In this document: positions 39,801 through 51,057 of the stretch, piece by piece
Layout: each line of letters begins with the position of its first letter
Numbering within the stretch: position 1 is the stretch's first letter
From: Chromera velia
Taxonomy: Eukaryota
NCBI GenBank assembly: GCA_018398765.1
Contig: JAHBMJ010000114.1
Location: 1-56,600, forward strand
Length of the DNA stretch: 56,600 bases
Direction: 5' to 3'
Notes under the pieces: generated by a model
Seen by the model: only the letters and a program-made list of their open reading frames with translations
Databases searched by the model: none
Told to the model about the DNA's origin: nothing
Made by a program: the position numbers and the translations under genes

Positions 39801-40994
39801 GGTGCCCTCGTTGGACCTGATACTGGTGGCTTGAGAGGGTGACAAGGTCCACCGGCACGTGCACGGCACCCTGCATGGTGAGCTGGCTGTGCCCATGCCC
39901 TGGAAGCTCCCCGGCAGCCATCAGCTGCATCCGCGTTCGGTCCGTCCCGATTCCGGGATCGTCCGACGCTTCTGACGCCGACATTACAGCCATGGGAAGG
40001 GGAAGCCGGCCCCCAGGGAGAGAAAGCGGGGAGCCTTTCGGGGGCTGTCTGTGCCCTGCTGCTGTGTCTGACAGTCCTTCAAGGCTGCAATTCCCATTTC
40101 CACTCCCACTGCCGCTCTGCGCAGACGACAACAAGAAGTCTCCTCCGAGTCTACCCCTCCCGGAAGAGTCAGCTGTCGTGTTCGTGCCGTGCCCATTTCC
40201 ACTCCCACTTCCACCACTCCCAGTTCCACTACCGGCTGCTACAGACACCCCTCTGTCAAGCCCTTTGTTCTTCCTTCGGTTCCCCGCTCTGCTGCCCCTC
40301 GGCTTCTGCGTGGCTGCCCGGATCTCATCTTCGCCTGCAAGGAAGGTAGGCGGCGTTTGTACAGAGTTGGAAATGAATCAAGAGAAGGCAGATGGAGCGA
40401 GCTCCAGAGAAAGGGCCAAAGAAACAGGAAAGGAGAGAGCTCACGAGCAAGAAGAAGAAGGGAAATTGGACTCACTGTGTGCATCTCGACATTGCGTTCC
40501 CTTGATGCAGGTCCCTCGGAGGTACTTGATGCACATGACTGCAGGCCAGGAAGGAAGAAAACGATCAAACGCAAATGAGCACAAACACGAACACAGGAAA
40601 TAGACAAGGAGTTCTTCGATAAAGCATGAAAAGAGAACGAAGGAAAAGCAAAGAGAAAAAGGAGGCGATACCCAACCCTCTTCACTCACCTGCCTTGTAG
40701 CGCCCCGGCGACTCACGCAGGTCCTGCATAGCATGAAGCAGAGCACAAGGGCCGCGCGAATCTCATCAACGATAGAAGGCAGAGGGGCAATCGCTTTGCG
40801 CTGACAGAAAAGAAACAGAAACCGACCTCATTTCCATGAGCAAAGGAGCACTTCTCTCCGAGGAGACATCGATTTTCCATCCAGTGCCGGCATACTTTTG
40901 TTTTGTGCCGTGCATTGACACCTGGATCTGCAGAGCCTGTGGGGATGCGAAACTTCAAGGCAAGCTCGTCTTGAAGGGGTATGGTGGATGACAT
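33871..40994 (-). CDS. Tandem CCCH zinc-finger (RNA-binding) protein with a very long Q/H/P/G/S-rich disordered region, ~2,077 aa
   Basis: Five in-phase GT-AG exons: 40994-40827, 40723-40690, 40538-40476, 40334-38860, 38364-33871. Fingers KTKVCRHWMENRCLLGEKCSFAH and YKAVMCIKYLRGTCIKGTQCRDAH are both C-x7-C-x5-C-x3-H. Confidence 0.85.
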
Positions 40995-41777
40995 TGGTCT
41001 CTTCTTCGTAGTCTTTTTGGAACTTTGACTTCACGACATTGGTCTCCATGTACAAGCAGTGCTTAAAACGCACGCTTGCATCACGCATGGGTCATAAAGA
41101 AAAGATGCAGCTCTTAAAACCTTTGAAATCGTAAAATTATTGTAGACTGCTGTCTGACAGACAAGAGGAGGAGCAGGAACACTCTCTGAGTCTCTCTCTC
41201 CAAGGTGCTGGACCAGGGGCACTGAGGCAGAAATTGTTGAGACGAAATTAAACGGAGTTTGGCCGGGGCCTCTGAACAAATGGGCCCGCCGTGTATTTTG
41301 CCTTTCAGTTTGCAAAATGCCGCGGACCGCGACTTCGTGCGAACACACAGTTTCGCAGTGAAAATTCGGGTCCAGCAAAAAAAAAAGTGCCCCACAAACC
41401 TTATTTTTTGCTCCGCCGCGCCCACCACAGAATTTAATTGTTGTGCTGCCGGGTCCCCATCCGAGCCTTATAATTGACGCACGCAAAGGTATTGCCTTAG
41501 ACATCCTTAGACATTCCTTACAGACATCATGACGGATCCTCCACAAAATTTAACTTGGGGCAGGATCCGTGACATTCCGTGACTGCACCCTCGCTCTCCT
41601 GCAAGAGTTTGCTGTTTCCACAGTGTGTCGTAAATAGAATAGATTCTGCAAGGAGAGTTGGAACCGTTAGTCGACATTCTGCAAATTGTTGTCCTTGCTG
41701 TTGGCAGGAAGGCTTTTTGAGTGTTCTTGTGAGTCCGTCTCTATTCGTCTCCGTGTAGCTTCCCAGGCTGGGCCACA
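40995..41777. promoter_or_regulatory. Probable bidirectional promoter region
   Basis: About 780 bp between divergent start codons (CCCH gene on minus, UBA/PUB gene on plus). Inferred from geometry only. Confidence 0.4.
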
Positions 41778-43008
41778 ATGACAAGCGCAGACCTTCCGAT
41801 CGATCCAGCTCTCCTGTCAGAGCTAGAGGAAGAGCACAAAGTCTCCAATGTCCGCGCTCTTCGGGCCCTCTTCGCAACTCAGAATGCGGGGGTAGAAGAG
41901 GCGTTGGCATGGATCGAGGAGCACAAGAATGACCCTGATATTGATGTGCCAGTGAAAATCACAAAGAGCGGAGAAATGAAGGAAGTTCCACAAGGAAAGT
42001 ACGTGACCGATTCGGAAAGAACAGAAAACCCCGAGCTTCTCAAAAGTCAGATTGACCAGGAGCTCCTGGGTCAGTTGAAGGAAATGGGGTTTGCTGAAAT
42101 CAGGGCTGAGAAGGCTCTGTACATGACCTTAGGATCCAACCTGGAGGCTGCCATGGAGTGGATCCAGCAGCACCAGGACGACATGGATCTCGACACGCCC
42201 TTGCACGAAGACTGTGTGCTTCCTCCAAAGCCGAAAATTTCCAAGGAAGAAGCCCAGGCCCGGGCGTATGAGTTGCAGGAAAAACTTCGGAAACAGCGGG
42301 TGGAGCGAGAGAAGAAAGAGGCGCTTGAGAAGGAGAAGAACAGAATTGCGATGACGAAGGCGATGCAGGAGCAGCAGAGACAGTTGGAAGAGGCAGAGAG
42401 AGGGAGGGCTATAGAACAGAGGAAAAGAGAGAAGGAGGAACACGAGAAAGAAAAGCTCCGACAGAGAGAACTGATGAAACGAGAGTGGGAGGAGAGGTTT
42501 AGCCGTCCGTATCCCGAAAATGAAGAAGAGCTCGCCTCGGCAGAGGCCAAGCCGAAATCTGGAAAAGAGATGATCATTCAGGCCATCAACAAATTGAAAA
42601 AGCTCTACAAGACGGACAACCCAGCAGGCTTGAAAACCTGCGTATCGACTCTGAAGGTCTGTCTGTCGTTTCCGCTTGTGACTCCCTTTGCCCCCCCCCT
42701 CCCCGGAAACGAATTTCGATGCAAAGAATGGCAGAGACCGGGCCCCTCTCTCCATGTCCCCCCTCTGTCTGAGTCATGTGTGTGTTCTATTTTCTACTTT
42801 TCCAGATGCTGTATTGTCAAAGAGTCCACCCAAATTGGCTGTGTCTGTCTCCCTGCCTCTTCTTCCCGCTTTCCTGTCCTTTTCCTTCTTCCCCCCCTCT
42901 GCGTACCTCTCTGTGGGGCTACGGGTCAGGGGGTGCCCGTGGTTCTAGCGTCTCTTTGTCTGTGTGTCTTCTCGGGTTGCTTTCTCTCTTTTTTTGTCTC
43001 TGTCTGTC

Positions 43009-43039
<31 letters not shown>

Positions 43040-43094
43040 TTCTCTTTCTCTCTCTCTTTCTCTCTCTTTCTTTCTCTCTCTGTCTCTGTCTCTG

Positions 43095-43146
<52 letters not shown>

Positions 43147-43187
43147 CTCTCTGTCTCCCTCTTTCTTTCTCTCTCTGTCTCTCTCTG

Positions 43188-43229
<42 letters not shown>

Positions 43230-43344
43230 TCTCTCTCTCTCTTTTTTCTCTCTGTCTCTCTCTTTTTCTCTCTCTTTCTCTCTCTCTCTCTCTCGCTCGC
43301 TCTTGCGCTCTCATTGCGCTCTCGCTCTTGCTCTCTCGCTCTTG

Positions 43345-43395
<51 letters not shown>

Positions 43396-43442
43396 CTCTC
43401 TGTCTCCCTCTTTCTTTCTCTCTCTGTCTCTGTCTCTCTCTG

Positions 43443-43539
<97 letters not shown>

Positions 43540-43585
43540 CGCTCGTGTGAGTGTCTGTGTGTCCGTGTTGTCCGTTTCCTTGTCC

Positions 43586-43618
<33 letters not shown>

Positions 43619-43636
43619 NNNNNNNNNNNNNNNNNN

Positions 43637-43674
<38 letters not shown>

Positions 43675-43837
43675 CTCTCTGTCTCTCTCTTTTTCTCTCT
43701 CTTTCTCTCTCTCTCTCTCGCTCGCTCTCGCTCTTGCGCTCTCATTGCGCTCTCGCTCTTGCTCTCTCGCTCTTGTTCTCTCTCTCTTTCTCTCTGTCTC
43801 TCTCTCTCTCTTTCTTCCTTCCTTCCTTCCTTCCTTT

Positions 43838-43876
<39 letters not shown>

Positions 43877-43922
43877 CGCTCGTGTGAGTGTCTGTGTGTC
43901 CGTGTTGTCCGTTTCCTTGTCC

Positions 43923-43960
<38 letters not shown>

Positions 43961-44065
43961 CAGTATGTGTGTGAGAGAGAGAGAGTGAGTGTGTGTCTGC
44001 CTCTTTATGCTCCTGCCTCTCTGTGTCTCTCTAGCTGTCTATCGGATGTGAGCATGTCTGAATGA

Positions 44066-44101
<36 letters not shown>

Positions 44102-44582
44102 ACAACACAGGTTGTGCGAAAAGGAAGCGGTTTGTCACGAATGGGTCTGTCTTTCAGTCGGTTGGTCGGTCGGTCTGCCTGGACAGGAGGGCAGAGAAAA
44201 GAAGAGTGCTTGTGTGTTAGTTGAGGTGTCAATGTAAGTTTCTTCTTTCGCCCCTGGTCACTTTTTGCGCATGTCTATCTGTATTTCGGTTTCATTTATG
44301 TCGTTCCTTCCTGCCTGCCTGCCTGTTTGTGTGAGTGTTCGGTTGCAGATCTACTGCGACAACGCGTGGAAGAACCCGACTGAGGCGAAGTTCCACAAGA
44401 TCAAGAAGGAAAACAACGCCTTCAAGACCCGGGTGCTGCCCTTCGACGGGTCACTTGAGCTCCTCTCTGCTGTGGGCTTCAAGGACGACGGTGCGGAATT
44501 CCTCTCCATACAGGGAGTGCCGGATGGATTCCTGTTGGGACAGGCCGTCAAATTCCTGGATATTTTGGCTGGCCAGCTTTGA
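41778..44582 (+). CDS. UBA-UBA-coiled-coil-PUB domain protein (putative p97/Cdc48 cofactor), ~370 aa
   Basis: Exon 41778-42656 has two UBA-like repeats (ALRALFATQNAGVEEALAWI; LKEMGFAEIRAEKALYMTLGSNLEAAMEWI) and an E/K/R coiled coil. Exon 44349-44582 completes the PUB domain (LK|IYCDNAWKNPTEAKFHKIKKENNAFKTRV...LELLSAVGF). Confidence 0.9.
42990..43960. repeat. Intronic (CT)n/(GT)n compound microsatellite with an assembly gap
   Basis: Direct reading. N run at ~43619-43636. Confidence 0.9.
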
Positions 44583-46160
44583 TAGAGGGATGCGGGGAGG
44601 ATGGGGGGGAGGGGGGCGGGACTAAGGGCAAGCACATACGGTGCAAAAATGTAGCATGCAGTCCCAATGGGCCAATGCACTGAATGCAGGAGCAGCTTCC
44701 GCAAAGCAGTAACACATGCAGTTAAGATAAGTTCTAGGATAAGTTACTACTGAATCAATCTCCAAGAATCTCTCCAAGGTTAAAAGATCGTAAAGCTTTG
44801 TCCTAGGTAGTCCTAGGCCATGTATTTTAAACGTGATGATTGAGGCACTGACATGTCAAAACTAGTTTCAGAATTTATTGGTTCTAACTGGTCTGGCTCT
44901 GATTGACACGTAGAAAGCGCTTTAATTGTAGAACGAAGAACTCGAACAAAGTTTTTGTTTAAGACCTTAAGCAGTGTCTAGAGATGAGTATCATTTTAAA
45001 ACGGATTTTGCTCACAAATGCAAAAACTTTAAGTGTTTTATATAAGAAGCCTGGAACATACACAGGGCTCATCATATACACAGTTAACGTCAGAACAAAA
45101 GGTTTCTCGATCTAGACATATGTCACTGCCACTCACTGACATCATTCCATCGTTCAATCAATTGGTAACTGCGCTGTCAGTAGCTGTCAGACTGATTTCA
45201 CTGCAGTTCAGATGCGACACCTGATTTCAGTTGCTACATCGCTATGGCTAGTGTTAGTGAGACGTGCACTTATTTCTAACGTAGTCCCAGAAAGCATGCA
45301 AAGTGGCAAACCTAATGGCAATTTAAAACTTTAATCCAAACTTTCGTATACAATCTGCACTTATCTGTACTTACGTCATAAAACCAAGTTTTTATCTAAA
45401 CTAGTCTAAACACTGCTCAAAAATAGTAAAAAATAGAAATAATATTTGTAAAATGTGTCTTTCTGAATTGAAATGGATTTTTTGTTCCAACAGTGCCCAG
45501 AACTAGGCCCAGAAATGTAGAAAACGCTTTGTGAAATGAAGTTTTTGTCTATGCCAGTCTATGCACTGCCCAGATATGCAGAAAACGCTTTGTGGAACAA
45601 AGTTTTTGTCTATGCACTGCCCAGATATAATTCGTATTTTCGTCAATCTTTTTTTCGTTTTTGAGTGGGAATCCTAGTTGCTCTACATATAGGCACCACG
45701 CGTGGGCTCCTATAGAACTGCCATAAAAATCCCTTATATAATTCCTGCGAGATGCATGAGGCATGCATGCAATTGCATGCATGCTCTCTCCATGCATGCA
45801 CATACATAGCTATATATATTAATATATATAGCTAGGTCGATCGGCTTCAAACTCTCTCCAACACACTTGATCTGCGCACCTCGGTCGGTCTTTTCATTTC
45901 AAGGTCTTCGGCGCACTTGGAACACGGACTTGAGAAAGGGTTTTTGGAGTCGATCGACTGGCAGTGGCAACTTTCGCGGTCTACCCAGCTGCTGAACTTA
46001 CCCACACTTCTAAAAGGCATTTGAATCGCGGGCAGGGCCATTAAATCAAAAGCGACGTGAACGCCTGACACGTGTATTTTGTTGCACCCTTATCAGTCGC
46101 TCTTTGTCCTTGAGTGACAGTCTTCCAATCTATAACTGCTTGAAGACAGACAGCTAGACA

Positions 46161-47404
46161 ATGGCGGGGATTCCGGATGGCACTTTGGCGATCGTGTTTC
46201 TTTGCATCTCCATCTTTCAGTTTTTTTCGGGCATCTATACCTGTTCCATGTGTCTGCCCACTTTATTGGCACACAAAGGATCCTGAGACTCCGGTGAGGT
46301 GGCAGGCAAAGTCGCAGTCGACCCACTGCCTTATATATGTATATATAATTGTCCTCAACCTTGCTCCAGTCAGTGGTATGCACGTATTCGTGGACGTATG
46401 TATATATACACATACATAAATACATGCAGTTGGGAAAAAGGATACAACAACCGTTTTGTCGGTGGAGCACGCACTCTTCCTCTCAACCGTTTTGTCGGTG
46501 GGTCGGTTGTCGCATGTTCGTGTTTTTCTGCCAACATGTTTACGTGTTCTTTCTTTGTCTCAATGAATTCAATTCGCAAAGAGCCGCGTGTAGAAAGAAC
46601 AATAGGCTCTGCATAGCTAGATGTTCTTGTTCAGCTTTTGATCTTTCTTTTGAGACTCTCGCTGGCATTTGCTTTCGTTTGCTTTTCTTTTTTTCCTCTT
46701 TCTGCATGCAGGCGCGATCGTGTCGATAGTCTCGTGCGTGGAGTATTCGATCAGATCTTGTCAGAAGTTCGACAAAGCCGCTGGAAGGGACCCGGGACTG
46801 GATGTCGCAGAGTCAGTTTGTTTGTCTGTCTGTCTGTCTGTTTGTTTGTTTGTTTGTTTGTTTGTTTGTTTGATTGATTGTTTGTTTGTTTTTGTGCAAT
46901 CGTCAAAGTGCATGGCGGAACAGTATGTGTGGGAATCAGTGACCCCAAGTAGGCCTGCAGCTGGAAGAAGAAAGGCGTGCATGCATGTATAGTCTCGATC
47001 ATGCAGACAGTCAGCCAGTCAATCAGTGAGTCAGACCGTAAAAGAATCGTATGGCGAATTGAATGCAGTGCCATCACCCGTATAGCTGCATGCATGGGTC
47101 CTGGTGTCCTGCGGGTGTTGGACCAGTCTATTCCTTCTTTTTGCTGGTAGAAACTTGAGTTCTGTTTAGATACCTCCATGATCGTCGGATAATTTGGTCC
47201 CCCCCCCACCCCCTCTCTCTCTCGTGTTGCTTTTCGTCCAGTTTTGGAGGGACGTTTTCTTTCATTCATTCATTCATTCTTTCTTTCTTTCTTTCTTTCT
47301 GTCTTTCTGTCTTTCTTTCTTTCTGTCTGTCTTTCTTTCTTTCTTTCTTTCTTTCTGTCTTTCTGTCTTTCTGTCTTTCTTTCTTTCTTTCTTTCTTTTT
47401 TTTT

Positions 47405-47436
<32 letters not shown>

Positions 47437-49755
47437 TTTTGTGTGTGTGTATGAACAGGGTGCTCAGTGCCTGCTTACCTGACTGCCTGCCTGCCTGCCT
47501 GCCTGTCTGATGGATGCTATGCATGCAGGTACATGTACTGGGGGTATCTAATTGGATGCCCTCTGATCATTTGGGATTTTGCCGAAACGCTAGGGATGGA
47601 GGGGATTCCGTTCTATTCTGCAGCCACCTTCTTCTGCCTCCTCGTGGGATTCTGGTGGGTCAGCATTGTTGTTCTTTCTGCATGCTTTTGATAGCCGCCT
47701 TTCAGTTCACGTATACATTTATGCACGTGTGCAGGAGCGTGCTCTGTGCATCCAGAATCAATTAAACTACTTGTAGTATCCTCATAAACGACTGTAGAGA
47801 AGAGGGATGCTCAACCTGTGATCGCAGGAGAGCAGGAGAGAGGCGGTCGGGGTGCGGAGGGAGGAGGAGGCAGGGAGGAAAGAATATGAGAGAACGGGAG
47901 GGAGGGAGGGAGGAAATGCGTGATTGAATGAGCCCATGACGATGACAGGAATGAGGGAAAGTGCAAGAGCCAGAAGGCGTAGACAGATAGGATGGATGGA
48001 TGGATGGACGAATGTGTGAACCAATCAATTCATGAAGCCACTGATTGACGCACGCAAATCTAATTTGATTTGCAGGACAGAGCACATCCGAAACTCCGCA
48101 CAGTGGTTCCTCTTTAGCGTTGGCTGCGTGCTGGTGAGTTCCCTTCCCTTTGTCGTGTGGTATTTCGTGCGTGGTTTATTGTGCGTCATGAGCTGCATCT
48201 TTTTGACAAAACGACTGCCCAAGTCGGCCCTGCACCTTAATTTCTGTTGAGAGCTGGTTGTTTGGAGATGAGAGATTTTTGGAAAGAAGCGACGGTAGTT
48301 GTACTTCTGAAAAGTGCAGCAACACTGATGGTGATTTCAACATAAAACGACATTCATTTTTTCGAACTTCAACATCAACAGCTGCAAAGACCTAGAACGG
48401 TTGCATGACCTTTGGTTCTCTCGTTCGTTTCTCCTCGTTTTTCCTTTTCTTTTTTTCGTGAGGGAGGGACGCGTGAGGGACCAGAGGGAGAGAGAAATTC
48501 GCAGACTATGATCATCCACAGCAAAGGATATAGCCTCAGGTAGAAAGCGGCAGGCAGCAGTTTTAAATCTGAAGGTCTTGTGAAGGAAGGGGAATTTGCA
48601 TCAATCACTGTGGATCGTCATCCATCCAGTCGTCTTTCTTTTTGGTATTCAAATTTTACTGCGCATCCCAGCTGCATCCCATCATTGTGACCTGATGCTA
48701 ATCGTGCGCATGTCTTTATGGATGGATGGATGGATGGAGGGATGGATGGATGGATGGATGGATAGATGGATGGATGGATGGATGGATGGATGCAGGTAGC
48801 GGTGATGGCGATGAACGTCACGAAGAGGGCACTGCACATTCTGCAGACACTCCAGGACCTGACCTACAAAGTATCGAAGCCTGCTGCCAAGTAGGCATGA
48901 TGCAGTTAGCTGTTTTGTTTGACAGACCTCCCCAGCAACCACTTGGTCTGTCTTTTCTTTGTTGATTCGATCCGCATCTGCTCTCCTTGTTTGCTCTCCT
49001 CTTGTCAGGCTTCTTAGAGTCTCTTCCCTCTCCTCACAATTTTGTCGCTTTTTCCCAAATGCGTTTAATTCTCCCGTCCTCCTGTTCTTTTCTGGAGTTT
49101 CTTCTCGATCTGTGTCCTCTGTTCCTCCTCCCAGAGCCTTCATGCAGACCGCGCTCAAGAATTAATCGGTCACTCTGTACTCCTCCAGGAAAATACATGC
49201 TGCACTCTGAGCAAACGTTTCTTTCAGCTTCGTGCCGTTGGCATTCGATCGATCGTGCACGTCTCCTCTCTCTCTCTCTCCCTGCTCCCCTGTCTTTCTG
49301 CCTGCAGATGGCTGATCATTTCCCTTGCCACTTTTGGACTCGGGTGGACAGTGTTTCCCATCGCCTGGCTTCTCCGAGACGACATCCATTCTGTAGGAAC
49401 TGTGGATATGTCCTACATCTCCGTGCTGCACGGAGTCGGTGACGTGGTCTCGAAACCTCTGTTTGCGATGTTCCTCACCAGATACAGGTGGGTCACTCGG
49501 TAGCACTTCATTCAGTTTTGTTCAAAGACCTTTTTGCCTTCTATTTTCTCTTTATGAGTCAGTGAAATGAGCAGGCAAGGTCGCACACAGACTAGCGCTG
49601 CTGCTTGCGTTTTCATGATTGGCTGTCTGCCTCTCCTCCTCCTCTGTCTATTTGTCAGTCTGTCTCTTTGTCTGCCTGTCTACCTGTCTGCCTGCCTATC
49701 TTAATGTATGTCTTCGTGTGCGCATTCGTGTGTCTATTCGTATGCGCATTCATCG

Positions 49756-49794
<39 letters not shown>

Positions 49795-50451
49795 TGTGCG
49801 TGTGTGCGTCTGTGTCTGTGTCTGTGTCCGTCTGTCTGTGCGTGTGCGTGTGTGCGTGCGTGTGAGCCTGTGTCTATGTGTGTGCAGGCAATCCACTGAA
49901 GACCTCCACTTGATGTCGATCTTACGTGCCCTCAACTGGTTGAGCGACTTCCGAGGGAAACAGGACGGGTTTGAGTTCAAACGCGTGCCTGAGGAGGTGG
50001 TCAGTTCTTTGCCTCCTCGGTGCTTCCTTCCTGTTTTTTTTGTTCTGGCGTTGGATCTTTTTTGTATTTCCGTCCGCCTTTCGATGTTTCTTTTTTCGAA
50101 CGCGAAGAAGAGGTGGACAGAGACAAGAAGTGGGGAAGAGGAATTGACGAGTTGAGAGAACGGTAGAAAGGATTGAAGAACAAGAGCGCACACTATGTAA
50201 TAATTTCGAATTCGGAGAAGAAAGATGGATTGATGGACTGGCGCGTCGTGGCTCTCTTGGCACTTCAAATGGGTGGAGCTGGACCACTTATCAAAAGTTC
50301 CTTGCTTTTGATTTGCTTTGTGTTTGCTTTGCAGGTCATAGTGACCGTCCCAGCCCTTCTTGAGTCGTGCATGAACACCAAGAAGCCCGCAGAGGTCAAG
50401 AAAGCACTTGACGTCGTGCGACGGCGTTCGATGTCGGGGGCTCCCCGGTGA
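46161..50451 (+). CDS. Microbial (type-1) rhodopsin, channelrhodopsin-like, with a C-terminal cytoplasmic extension (9 exons)
   Basis: In-phase GT-AG exons: 46161-46251 (or -46293, which contains a TGA), 46430-46501, 46712-46811, 47529-47654, 48076-48133, 48796-48890, 49308-49487, 49888-49999, 50335-50451. These give seven hydrophobic helices, including helix [17 protein letters not shown], helix F WTVFPIAW and helix [14 protein letters not shown] (retinal Lys codon at 49453-49455). Confidence 0.85.
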
Positions 50452-51026
50452 TTGGCGTCAAATGCGGCCATTGCGGTGAATCAGCTAGCTGCAGAGGCCC
50501 ACGGACAAGGAATGATGGCAAGCGACATCGAGGGTCAAGCAACCAAGGGCAGGGTCCAAAAGACATCAGAACACCTCACGCCACCACCTCAACACATGGC
50601 CCCTCAAGCAGGACACTTCTGGCCACCCCACGCAAATCACTATTTAGCCCCCTTTCCGATGTACGCTGCTCTCCGTATTCGTATCCACCTCCACCTCCTA
50701 TGTATCCCTACCCCTATCCCTATCCTGCCCCCGCAGTAGCAGCAGACCAACTAGTGGGTTTCGCTTCCCCCCTTGGACCGAGCGTCGTTCCCTCATGTGT
50801 TCCCTCCGCATGCAAATCGCCCAAGCCCTCCCCCAAAGCCTCCCCTGGTGGCTACAGCTAGAGCATCTTTTGATAAACGCATCGTTGTGCCCCCAGGCCT
50901 GCTGCCAGCTCCGAGTCTCCACTGCCAGAAAAGAGGAGGCTGGATGAGGGGGAGCTTGAAAAAGTTCTCAACGTCATCGAAGGACTTGAGAACACCCAGG
51001 GACAGGAGGGAAATTTGGAAGCATAA

Positions 51027-51057
<31 letters not shown>

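Noticed and set aside
34010..40603. Numerous plus-strand and alternate-frame ORFs
   Set aside because: Shadow ORFs of the GC-rich CCCH gene exons.
42657..43550. C-terminal half of the 590-aa ORF (SLSLSL…)
   Set aside because: Read-through into a (CT)n intron. The real gene splices at 42656 to the PUB exon at 44349.
43200..43960. Apparent ~300-400-bp duplication around the N gap
   Set aside because: Probably an assembly overlap artefact in low-complexity sequence.
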